A stretch of 64,000 nucleotides of DNA from an uncultured Candidatus Saccharibacteria bacterium. Its GTDB lineage: Bacteria; Patescibacteriota; Minisyncoccia; JBAYJV01. The notes under the pieces are model-generated. The model worked only from the letters and a program-made list of their open reading frames with translations. It had not been told where the DNA came from and did no database searches. Every line of letters begins with the position of its first letter. The stretch's first letter is position 1. Below are positions 49,787 to 58,067 of the stretch, one piece after another. The stretch covers positions 6,409 to 70,408 of the forward strand of contig CAZNYQ010000013.1 of NCBI GenBank assembly GCA_964577395.1, written 5' to 3'. Made by a program: the position numbers and the translations under genes.

Positions 49787-52571
49787 AAGAAAACAAAATA
49801 TATTAAGATTAATCTTGGGATTAGTTATTATTTCTACCTTTTTGGTGGGCAGTTTTGTAAGAAGTGTTATAGCGGTAAATATCACGGGCAGTACTGTTGT
49901 TAATGAGCATTTTGATAGTAGTATTCCTGGGTATGATATTTGTAAGGAGTTGAGGCATTTAACGGAACCACAAGAAGATCCAACCTTAAGTCCTCCTCGT
50001 GAAGTTTTTAAGTATACAGTAAGCTCATCAGAAGATGATAGCGGAGGGGTCATAGGTGGAGGTGATACAGATTCAGTTGTAACGCAAGAAGGCAGCATTT
50101 TTCAAAAATGGTTTCTTGATGCATGTGTAATGGATGGATATCTTACAGAAGTAAGACATGTTGCCACAATTCATAATTTTGATGTAAGAAACTCTGATAT
50201 TTTTCAAAGCCAAATGGGGAATAATGAAGGCACTCTCGGAGAGTTGTTTGAAATAGCTCTTATGGAGGTTACTAAAAATAAAACATGGATGACAGAAGGT
50301 GCTGGTAGTTTGAGGAATTTAAGTCTTAAAGATTTTCTATTAGAACTTACACACGAGGAAACAATGCAGGTTGAAAAAGATAAAGAATGGATGGAAGAGG
50401 ATATCAGTAGCTTAGAAAAATCAAGTATGAAAGATTTTCTATTAGAGCTTACTCATGAGAGTACAATGGAGGCAACAGAAGGATATGATGATGACAAAAA
50501 CGAAGAATTAACCAAGGCTAGCATTAAAGATTTTCTTTTATATGTTAAGGATTCGAACGAACAGTTTATGACAGATCTTATGCAAGCTTTATCAGAGAAA
50601 GAAAAACTTCATATAAGATCCTTAAAAGAATACGAATTGGCTAAGATAGAAAAGGCAAGAGAAGATGTTAATAAATTAACTTATGAAGTTTACAATGAGC
50701 TCAAGGAAGAGCCTCTTGTTTATAATAATAATGGAGTAACAGGTGACATAGTACGCTCTCTAGGACTGAGGGTAGTGGAAGAAGAAAGCAGTAGTTGTCC
50801 TTTTGGGGTAATAATAAAGAATAGCTCTGGAGAAGAAGAATGTGTAATTATCAAAAGAGAAGGAAGGGTAATTCAGAATGTAGATGATTATATCTATGAA
50901 GAAGCTATTCAAAAAGCCCGTGATTTTGTTATGTGTTTCTTGGCTCCTTGGAGACATTTTCCTATAGGAGAAGATTATTATTTTGCTGCATCTTTTGAAG
51001 AATTTAAGAGTGTGCAAGATCATAATGATAAACTTAGGGACGGGACGTCGCCAGATTATATATGGACGGGAGATCCTGTTTGTGGAGAAGAAGCCACAGC
51101 CGAGATTAGGAATAATGCTTGTAATACGGAATGCGGAGATGACTCAACAAGAATAGATAAATGGAAATCAAGTAATTATGGAGAAATTAATGATTGTCGC
51201 GAATGCATTCGCGAAGAGTTGGATAACAAATGCGATACAGAATATATTTGCGAAAAAGCACGGGAAGAAGCAGGAGATCGCCCCGATATGTTTAGTGATG
51301 ATTTTGAGGATTATCTTAAGAAGCTTTGTCCTAGCGATCAGATAAAAGAACAGATTAAAAGAGATTTATTATTTGATATGGCTCGCAAATACAAATTTTT
51401 ATATAATGCACCTCCAGAAAATTGGTACTATAATTCTGGAGCTTCTGGTAACGCCAATGATAAAACCAAATGTGCTCTCATATTAGCCAATTTAGGCTAT
51501 GATGTTGATGGTATTGTAGAAGAAGAAATTGGTAATCCTCTTAGGAGCAATATGATTAAAAAATATGCAGAATATCAAGAAGATGTCTGGAGAACGGAAT
51601 TGCCCATTTCAGTTGCCTACCGTCCAGATGTGAGTAATAAAGATTATAACAAGCAAAACGCCGCTTTGACCTCTAGTACTGGAGAAGGAGTGAAGTCTTT
51701 TGCTCAAAATCTTGTAGATGAGATTATTAGCGATTATGAAAGTCTTCGTACCGCTGAATATATAGCAGGCGAAGGTATTAGGTCGGAAAAATATTTAATA
51801 GGTTTTCCTGCTTATGATGATGTAGGTGACGCATTAGGGGTATACTTTATAGATACTGAAAATATTATCTCACCGGCAATTTTCTTAAAAGACAAAATTG
51901 CAGCAGCTACTCAAGCGCAATTTGACCTAGCTCAAAATGCTTGGAAACAAAAGCCTGAAGGGATTGGCGTCGGAGAGCTAGGTTGTCCCGACCCCCACAT
52001 TGGCGAGATGGATAAATCAGACTTTAGCGATAAAAAACCATATACTGCCCTAGAGAATAAATGTACGAACGAAGAATTGGAACATGGTTGGTATTTAGTT
52101 GAAATTTCAGATCCCGGCACTCCTGAAGATGAGAAAGAATATGAATGTCGCTGGCCACAGTATAACGACATTACATGTGAGGTTTTTGGCTATATTACTA
52201 CAGAAGCTATCACCGATGAATTACCTAAGGAATTACCAGCACCTTGGGAAGATATTAATGAATATATGGAGGTGCCGGAGGAATATGTAACTTGGTTTGA
52301 AGGTGATGTCAATGGTGTATCAGGAGAGCAATTGGGGCTTAAAAAAGCACCTCCAGCATTTGATATTCCTGAATATGGCACGCAATACCCTGATTTAACA
52401 GCTGACGATATTTATCCAAATATTTATCAAGAAGCTTATGGAAAAGATCAATCCCTTTCAATGCCTAATAGTGATAAATATTATATTAATAAATGGTATA
52501 AGAATATCACCCAGCTTTACGAAAAGCCGATGTCTGAAATTCTAAGAACTTGGTTTAAAGAGAACCCTTAA
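49767..52571 (+). CDS. large (934 aa) N-terminally anchored extracytoplasmic protein with 3x tandem ~37-aa repeat and a Cys-rich segment
   Basis: Overlaps the upstream ORF by 20 nt. Contains the (S/M)(L/M)KDFLLELTHE(E/S)TM repeat three times and a Cys-rich block CGEEATAEIRNNACNTECGDD...CRECIREELDNKCDTEYIC. Confidence 0.5.
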   Translation: MTEQRLKRKQNILRLILGLVIISTFLVGSFVRSVIAVNITGSTVVNEHFDSSIPGYDICKELRHLTEPQEDPTLSPPREVFKYTVSSSEDDSGGVIGGGDTDSVVTQEGSIFQKWFLDACVMDGYLTEVRHVATIHNFDVRNSDIFQSQMGNNEGTLGELFEIALMEVTKNKTWMTEGAGSLRNLSLKDFLLELTHEETMQVEKDKEWMEEDISSLEKSSMKDFLLELTHESTMEATEGYDDDKNEELTKASIKDFLLYVKDSNEQFMTDLMQALSEKEKLHIRSLKEYELAKIEKAREDVNKLTYEVYNELKEEPLVYNNNGVTGDIVRSLGLRVVEEESSSCPFGVIIKNSSGEEECVIIKREGRVIQNVDDYIYEEAIQKARDFVMCFLAPWRHFPIGEDYYFAASFEEFKSVQDHNDKLRDGTSPDYIWTGDPVCGEEATAEIRNNACNTECGDDSTRIDKWKSSNYGEINDCRECIREELDNKCDTEYICEKAREEAGDRPDMFSDDFEDYLKKLCPSDQIKEQIKRDLLFDMARKYKFLYNAPPENWYYNSGASGNANDKTKCALILANLGYDVDGIVEEEIGNPLRSNMIKKYAEYQEDVWRTELPISVAYRPDVSNKDYNKQNAALTSSTGEGVKSFAQNLVDEIISDYESLRTAEYIAGEGIRSEKYLIGFPAYDDVGDALGVYFIDTENIISPAIFLKDKIAAATQAQFDLAQNAWKQKPEGIGVGELGCPDPHIGEMDKSDFSDKKPYTALENKCTNEELEHGWYLVEISDPGTPEDEKEYECRWPQYNDITCEVFGYITTEAITDELPKELPAPWEDINEYMEVPEEYVTWFEGDVNGVSGEQLGLKKAPPAFDIPEYGTQYPDLTADDIYPNIYQEAYGKDQSLSMPNSDKYYINKWYKNITQLYEKPMSEILRTWFKENP
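50317..50560 (+). repeat. in-frame tandem repeat (3 copies, ~111 nt unit) inside the 49767-52571 ORF
   Basis: Nucleotide-level copies aaagattttctattagaacttacacacgaggaaacaatg, aaagattttctattagagcttactcatgagagtacaatg, and aaagattttcttttatatgttaaggattcg (degenerate). Confidence 0.5.
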
Positions 52572-52623
52572 TTTATTTTTAAAATATTGTTACCGAGAAA
52601 TTTTACAATACCTCATATTTTTA

Positions 52624-55600
52624 ATGTTTTTAAAATTAAAAAAATTTAAGTTTAATAAACAATGGTTGCCTTTCATTGCTTTAATATTGTCCTTTATATT
52701 TTTAATTTTTCCTAGAGGAGCTGCTCATGCAGGAGCAGGGGGATGGTTTGCTAGTCTTTTTTTAAGTCTATTAGGATTAATCCTGTATGTGCTAGCGGTG
52801 GCTTCTACTTTTATTCTTGGTATTGGTAGTAAGCTGTTGTCTTTTGTTATGACAACAACCTTTAATGAAGATCTTTTTATTGAAGCGCCTTTTGTTAAAG
52901 TAGCTTGGTCATTTACACGAGATTTCGCCAATTTATTTTTTATTCTTTGGCTTGTCATTATTGCCTTAGCTACAATTGTAGATGTAAAAGGTTATAGCGC
53001 TAAAAAATTATTGGTAAAACTTATTGTAGTAGCTTTATTAGTAAATTTCAGTTTAGTTTTGTGCTGTTTCATGCTAGATATTGCTCAAGGTGCGATGGGG
53101 TTCTTAACGCAATCAGTAATTGTAATTAAAGGAGAACCATTTTCACTGGCTGATGGACTATCTTATTCCTTTCGCCAGTCAGAACTTTTTGGTGCTCATC
53201 TGCCGTCAGGATCAAGCTTCTTTTTAGGAAATTTAGATTCCAGCATATCTACTGTAATGCATAATTTATTAGTGCTTGCTTTTTCTCTTATAGCAGCTTA
53301 TGTTTTTTTAATTTTATCAATTATGCTATTAGTTAGAGTTGTGGCGTTGTGGTTATTACTTATATTTGCTCCCTTAGCATGGACTTTCGGTATCATGCCT
53401 TTTGCTAAAAAAGCCTGGACAGAATGGATTAGTAAATTTTTTCAATGGGCATTCTACGGAGTAATAGTAGCTTTTTTAATGTATCTAGCTGCTATGGCAG
53501 TTTGGGCAATCCAAGAAGCTGAAGGATGGAGCGATAATTTAAATCAAGGAAGCGAGATGATGGGTAGTTTTGGTACGCAGGTTTCTTTTATAGAAAATTT
53601 TACCAGCATTTTAAGTTTTATAGTTGTAATTGTTCTTTTGCTAATGGCAAAAGGTGTTGGTATGTCAGCTGCTAAAAGCGGAGGAGATATGGTTACGAAT
53701 ATGGTGGCAGGTTATGTAGGAGGAAAAGCAGCCACTTGGGGGAAGAAACCAGTTCGCTATGCTAAAGATAAAGCACGAGATGTTAAGACAAGAACCAAAG
53801 GTGCTGTTGGTCGGAGCGTAATGCATGGGGGTGATATTCCGATTATAGGAAAAACAGTTAGAAGAGCAGGCACAAAATGGGCACTAGAAGATAAGCAGGA
53901 TAGATCACAGAAAGTGGGGAGATTTAGCGATTATTCTCAATTAAGCGATCAAGAACTTAAAGATATTAGCTCGAATATGGTAGGGCAAAAAGCTCAACAA
54001 GAAGAAATTGCTCAAGTTGCAAAATTAATGACTGATAGAAATCTTGTATATAATATAAGCGATGAAAAAGAGCTTAAGACGCTTCTTGATTCCCTGAAAA
54101 AGTTTGGAAATGATAGTGATGTTAAGAAATTTGAAGAAAAAAGACCAGATGCTATTCAAGCCAAAGGTCTTACGGTTCATGATATTATCGAAAGGCAACG
54201 CACGGGCCAGCCACTAGGAAGCGTTACGCTTCAAGAGGCTCGTCAATTACAAGAAAGAAGGCAAGAAGCTATTCAAAGAGCAATTAAAAATAACGAAGCT
54301 CAAAATTGGACGGAAGACTTTATCAGGAATAGTCTCTCTTCTGATCTTGTTGATGTTTTTGCGCAAGATAAAAATGGCGTAAAAATGATTAGTAAAGCAG
54401 CCGAAGATTGGGGCAGTGGAGTCAAAGAGTCTTTCTTAGAAAAAGTGATGGCGAATTTCTCAGATGATTTTGACGGAAATGATGCGGAAAGGAATTTAGC
54501 TGCTCGTAATTTTTATGGAAAATTAGGAGGGAATTATTATAAAGCTTATCATAGCGACGAGAAGGGCCGAATTGTTACTGATCCTAATTTTGTCAATAAC
54601 AATGTAAGGCAGACAGAGCTATTAGAAGCAATAGCAAAAATTAGCAGTACGAAAGATTGGGAAAAATTAGATGATAGTGACGAAAATCTTAAGCTTATCG
54701 CTCGACACATACAAAGTTCTCAAATCAACAATGCTGGACGTAATTTAGATAGCTATACTAAAGCTAAAATATATGATGAATTAAGGAAACAACGTCATGA
54801 TTCTTCTCTTGACCCAAGCGAACAAAAAGATCGCACAGAAGTTTATAAAACAATGACGTACAACGATACTTGGCCCGGCTCAATTACTGGAGATAGACTT
54901 GAGAAATTAAGAAAGCGCAAAGAAGAACGAGATAAGGAAAAGAAAGAAATGGATAAAATGCACGGAGAAGCTCTGCAAATGAACAAAGAATATGACAAGG
55001 AGCAACAAGAAAAACAACAAAAAGAAAGGGAAGAAATGAATAAGCTGCATGGAGAGGCAATAGAAGAAGACAGGTTGCGCGGAAAAGAGAAGGAAGCAAA
55101 AACAATAGAAGAAAGAGACAAAAAACAAAGAGAAGAAAAAGAAAAGGAGCGCCTAGAATTAGAAAAACAACGATTAGAGATGGAAAAGGAAAGACTTGAA
55201 ATGGAAAAGAAGAGATACAACAAAAAAGATAATGAGAAGGACAACGATGATGGTGATAACAATGGAGGGTTTTCTCAAAAAAAACCAACTCCTCCTCCTA
55301 GCACAGATTCAGGAGGAACGCAACGAACTCAATCGTCTGACAACAAACAGGATTATAATATTCGCGCTGATAGTGTTAATATTCAACCAAAAAGCACTCT
55401 TGACAACGGAAACACAAAAAATGTTAATTTAAATCAAAAAAATATCTCAATTAGCGAAGGAGAAAATGCTCCAAACCAAACAGTTGACCTAAGAGGAGAA
55501 AAAAAATCTCGCATAATAACACCAGAACCTCGTGGACATATTAAATTTTCCGAAGGTTCTGGGTGGACACCTCAACAGAAAAAAGATTTTGAAGAAAAGA

Positions 55601-56085
55601 GACAGCGCAAACATCAAGAAGCAATGGCTAAAAAACGAAAAACTAAATTAGGTAGCCAGAGCTTAAATAGGTTTAACGCTGGAGGGGTAAGCAATAATTC
55701 TCCCGAGCAAGCTTATCTACAAGGACAATACACTAGTCCCAAGGTATTAGGAGATAGCAAAACTATTCATATTGATGAAATCCCAGAGAAAAGTAAAATA
55801 TCTCAAGAAGGAGAGCAGAACATAACGGATAATAACTTAATGGAAATTACGCGTGTTCAGGCTCAGAGTGGTAAAATAAAAGAAGCAGTTAAGGGAGCTA
55901 AAAAAATACAAGATAGTGAGAAAAGAGGATATGCTTTATGGAATATTGCTGCCACTCAAGCGCAAAAGGGTAATTTTTCCGAGGCTCTTCGTATAGCACG
56001 TCAAATCGATCATGATAAAATCCGTAATTTAGCGATAAATGATTTAGAGTATTCGAAAGAAAGGGCACCGGAATCATATAGTTAA
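52624..56085 (+). CDS. VirB6/TrbL-like polytopic membrane protein with ~750-aa charged coiled-coil/low-complexity C-terminal extension (T4SS-like locus component)
   Basis: Signal/TM followed by ~8 TM helices in the first 350 aa, so a VirB6-like topology rather than sequence identity. The tail is K/E/R/D/Q-rich, with heptad-like runs KEKERLELEKQRLEMEKERLEMEKKRY, and ends in a Ser/Thr/Asn-rich region. Confidence 0.45.
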   Translation: MFLKLKKFKFNKQWLPFIALILSFIFLIFPRGAAHAGAGGWFASLFLSLLGLILYVLAVASTFILGIGSKLLSFVMTTTFNEDLFIEAPFVKVAWSFTRDFANLFFILWLVIIALATIVDVKGYSAKKLLVKLIVVALLVNFSLVLCCFMLDIAQGAMGFLTQSVIVIKGEPFSLADGLSYSFRQSELFGAHLPSGSSFFLGNLDSSISTVMHNLLVLAFSLIAAYVFLILSIMLLVRVVALWLLLIFAPLAWTFGIMPFAKKAWTEWISKFFQWAFYGVIVAFLMYLAAMAVWAIQEAEGWSDNLNQGSEMMGSFGTQVSFIENFTSILSFIVVIVLLLMAKGVGMSAAKSGGDMVTNMVAGYVGGKAATWGKKPVRYAKDKARDVKTRTKGAVGRSVMHGGDIPIIGKTVRRAGTKWALEDKQDRSQKVGRFSDYSQLSDQELKDISSNMVGQKAQQEEIAQVAKLMTDRNLVYNISDEKELKTLLDSLKKFGNDSDVKKFEEKRPDAIQAKGLTVHDIIERQRTGQPLGSVTLQEARQLQERRQEAIQRAIKNNEAQNWTEDFIRNSLSSDLVDVFAQDKNGVKMISKAAEDWGSGVKESFLEKVMANFSDDFDGNDAERNLAARNFYGKLGGNYYKAYHSDEKGRIVTDPNFVNNNVRQTELLEAIAKISSTKDWEKLDDSDENLKLIARHIQSSQINNAGRNLDSYTKAKIYDELRKQRHDSSLDPSEQKDRTEVYKTMTYNDTWPGSITGDRLEKLRKRKEERDKEKKEMDKMHGEALQMNKEYDKEQQEKQQKEREEMNKLHGEAIEEDRLRGKEKEAKTIEERDKKQREEKEKERLELEKQRLEMEKERLEMEKKRYNKKDNEKDNDDGDNNGGFSQKKPTPPPSTDSGGTQRTQSSDNKQDYNIRADSVNIQPKSTLDNGNTKNVNLNQKNISISEGENAPNQTVDLRGEKKSRIITPEPRGHIKFSEGSGWTPQQKKDFEEKRQRKHQEAMAKKRKTKLGSQSLNRFNAGGVSNNSPEQAYLQGQYTSPKVLGDSKTIHIDEIPEKSKISQEGEQNITDNNLMEITRVQAQSGKIKEAVKGAKKIQDSEKRGYALWNIAATQAQKGNFSEALRIARQIDHDKIRNLAINDLEYSKERAPESYS

Positions 56086-56113
56086 TTAAGTAATAAAATT
56101 TATATTTATCCTC

Positions 56114-56977
56114 ATGCATCAGCAATTTGATGAAAAATTTGAACAGTTACCTCCGTATATTAAAGAATGGATGGCCGAAGAATCACCTCATCTAAATGAA
56201 GAGGTTGCAAAAGAGCACAATTTGAGTCTAGAAGAGGTTGAGAAAATGAAGAAAATTGTTGTTCATACAATACTGGGATTTTTTAATTTAAATGATTTTT
56301 TGTCTCATTTAAAAGATAGTTTTCCCAAACTTACAGAAGAAGAAATCAAAAAATTAGCTCTTGACATTGTTATTAAACGTTTCTATCCAATCAGAGACTA
56401 TCTTAAGGACGTTGATGGTCTCATTAAAAATTTAGGAGGTTCGTTGCCTGAGAATAAAGAGTTTTATAAAAAAGAATTTGAAGAAAAAAATCCACAAATT
56501 GTTGTCACCCAAGAGGAGAAAAAATCATCTCAAGGTAGTCAAGACATTGTTTATATAGGAATTGGTAGTTTGCTCAATAAACAAGAGATTAAAGATCAAT
56601 TTATTACCTCTAAAAAGATAACTGTAAACGATTCAGGAGAAGAAGTAGGTGGCACATTAAATAACTGGATAGCTGATTATAAAAGAGAGAAGGGAGAACC
56701 TCCACATTCAAGTTTAGAACGTCAAGTATATCTTTCGCAAGCTATGAATCCTAAAAAATTAGATAATTCAGAACGAATTATTCTAGGAGAAATTTTAAAA
56801 GCTTACGATCAAGGGACGGAACTACCCATTTCAAAAGAAAGTAGTAAAATTATTTTGAGTGAAGTTTTTCATAAAGGTAACCTTACACAGAAGATAGGCT
56901 TTCAAAATAATAAAGATGAAAACAGAGTAGAAAAGGACAATAAGCCAAATTCTACAATTGATTTACGTAATTCTTAA
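56114..56977 (+). CDS. hypothetical soluble protein in T4SS-like locus
   Basis: 287 aa, acidic and lysine-rich, no TM and no recognisable motif. It is tightly packed between the VirB6-like and PrgI-like genes. Confidence 0.4.
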   Translation: MHQQFDEKFEQLPPYIKEWMAEESPHLNEEVAKEHNLSLEEVEKMKKIVVHTILGFFNLNDFLSHLKDSFPKLTEEEIKKLALDIVIKRFYPIRDYLKDVDGLIKNLGGSLPENKEFYKKEFEEKNPQIVVTQEEKKSSQGSQDIVYIGIGSLLNKQEIKDQFITSKKITVNDSGEEVGGTLNNWIADYKREKGEPPHSSLERQVYLSQAMNPKKLDNSERIILGEILKAYDQGTELPISKESSKIILSEVFHKGNLTQKIGFQNNKDENRVEKDNKPNSTIDLRNS

Positions 56978-56980
56978 ACT

Positions 56981-57391
56981 ATGAGATATCAATTACCTCA
57001 ATTTATTGAAATGGAAGATAAGCTTATAGGACCGCTTACATTAAGGCAGTTCTTATATTTAATTGCTGTGCCGATAATTTGTTATCTTCTGCATTTTTTT
57101 GTTCGCTTGCCGTATGTTATCATGGTAGGAGTTATATTTTTTCCCATAGCTTTATTGCTTGCTTTTTATAGAATTAACGGTAGACCTTTTACTCATGCTT
57201 TTTTGGGATTGTTAAGATTCGTTAAGAAACCTCAAATGTATGTTTGGGAGAGGAGCATGCATAGAGTAAGTCAAGAAGAAGGTGTAGAAAAAACAACTGA
57301 CGATGAAAAGCAAAAAAATTCTGTGGAAAATAAGAAAAAGAAGAAAGACTTTAAAAAATTAGCCCAAGCCCTTGATCAAGGTAATACTTAA
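56981..57391 (+). CDS. PrgI-family / VirB3-like small membrane protein
   Basis: MRYQLPQFIEMEDKLIGPLTLRQFLYLIAVPIICYLL... followed by a second TM helix. This matches the PrgI pattern of Gram-positive T4SS, and it is encoded immediately before the VirB4 genes, as PrgI is before PrgJ. Confidence 0.5.
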   Translation: MRYQLPQFIEMEDKLIGPLTLRQFLYLIAVPIICYLLHFFVRLPYVIMVGVIFFPIALLLAFYRINGRPFTHAFLGLLRFVKKPQMYVWERSMHRVSQEEGVEKTTDDEKQKNSVENKKKKKDFKKLAQALDQGNT

Positions 57392-57411
57392 AATACTTGT
57401 TTTAAAATATA

Positions 57412-58062
57412 ATGGCTTTTAATCCATCACAAAAACTTGTTCCCATCAAAGAAATACGAGAAGGAGTTGTCATTTTGAAAAGCGGTGCCTTAAGGGCAGT
57501 GCTTTTAGTGTCGAGCATTAATTTTTCTCTTAAGTCCAATGAAGAACAGGAGGCAATCATTGCAAAATTTCAAGGATTTCTTAACTCTCTTGATTATCCT
57601 ATTCAGACAATTATTCAATCCCGTAAACTTAAAATAGATAAATATCTAGCCAGTATAAAAGAATTAGAAAAATCTCAAGAGAACGAACTTTTACGGGTTC
57701 AAACGTCTGAATATCATAATTTTATTAAAGAGCTTGTTGCTTCAGCCAATATTATGAATAAGAGCTTCTATGTTGTTATTTCTTACTCCCTAGGAGAAGG
57801 TTCTCAAAAGAAGGGTTTTCTCGGTATGGTTAAAGATGTTGCAGGTAGCTCTAGTCAAGTTAGTCAAAAACGTTTTAAACAACTTAAAGCTCAATTGTGG
57901 CAAAGAGTTGATCATGCAGCTGCTAGCTTATCAAGCATGGGAATTAGAGTGGTCCCTCTTAATACGCAAGAATTAATCGAACTTTATTATGAGCTCTATA
58001 ATCCGGGAGCTGACAATAAAAGAGATTTATCAGCGCCCGAAGAGATGGGGTTAAAAAATTAA
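57412..58062 (+). CDS. VirB4/TrbE/ConE-family N-terminal domain encoded as a separate ORF (split VirB4)
   Basis: LVPIKEIREGVVILKSGALRAVLLVSSINFSLKSNEEQEAIIAKFQGFLNSL resembles the characteristic VirB4 N-terminus. The ORF ends 5 nt before the ATPase ORF, which is in a different frame. Confidence 0.55.
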   Translation: MAFNPSQKLVPIKEIREGVVILKSGALRAVLLVSSINFSLKSNEEQEAIIAKFQGFLNSLDYPIQTIIQSRKLKIDKYLASIKELEKSQENELLRVQTSEYHNFIKELVASANIMNKSFYVVISYSLGEGSQKKGFLGMVKDVAGSSSQVSQKRFKQLKAQLWQRVDHAAASLSSMGIRVVPLNTQELIELYYELYNPGADNKRDLSAPEEMGLKN

Positions 58063-58067
58063 TTTTT

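Noticed and set aside
50317-50560. CRISPR-like or intergenic tandem repeat
   Set aside because: The repeats are in-frame inside a long ORF with degenerate, protein-level periodicity. There are no spacer-like unique units and no cas genes. It is reported as an intragenic protein repeat instead.
54843-55432. Cluster of overlapping ORFs on both strands (54843-55288 minus, 55196-55432 plus) within the 52624-56085 gene
   Set aside because: This region encodes the repetitive Lys/Glu-rich coiled-coil of the large protein. The antisense frames of such purine-rich repeats stay open by chance and give Ser/Leu/Phe-rich peptides.
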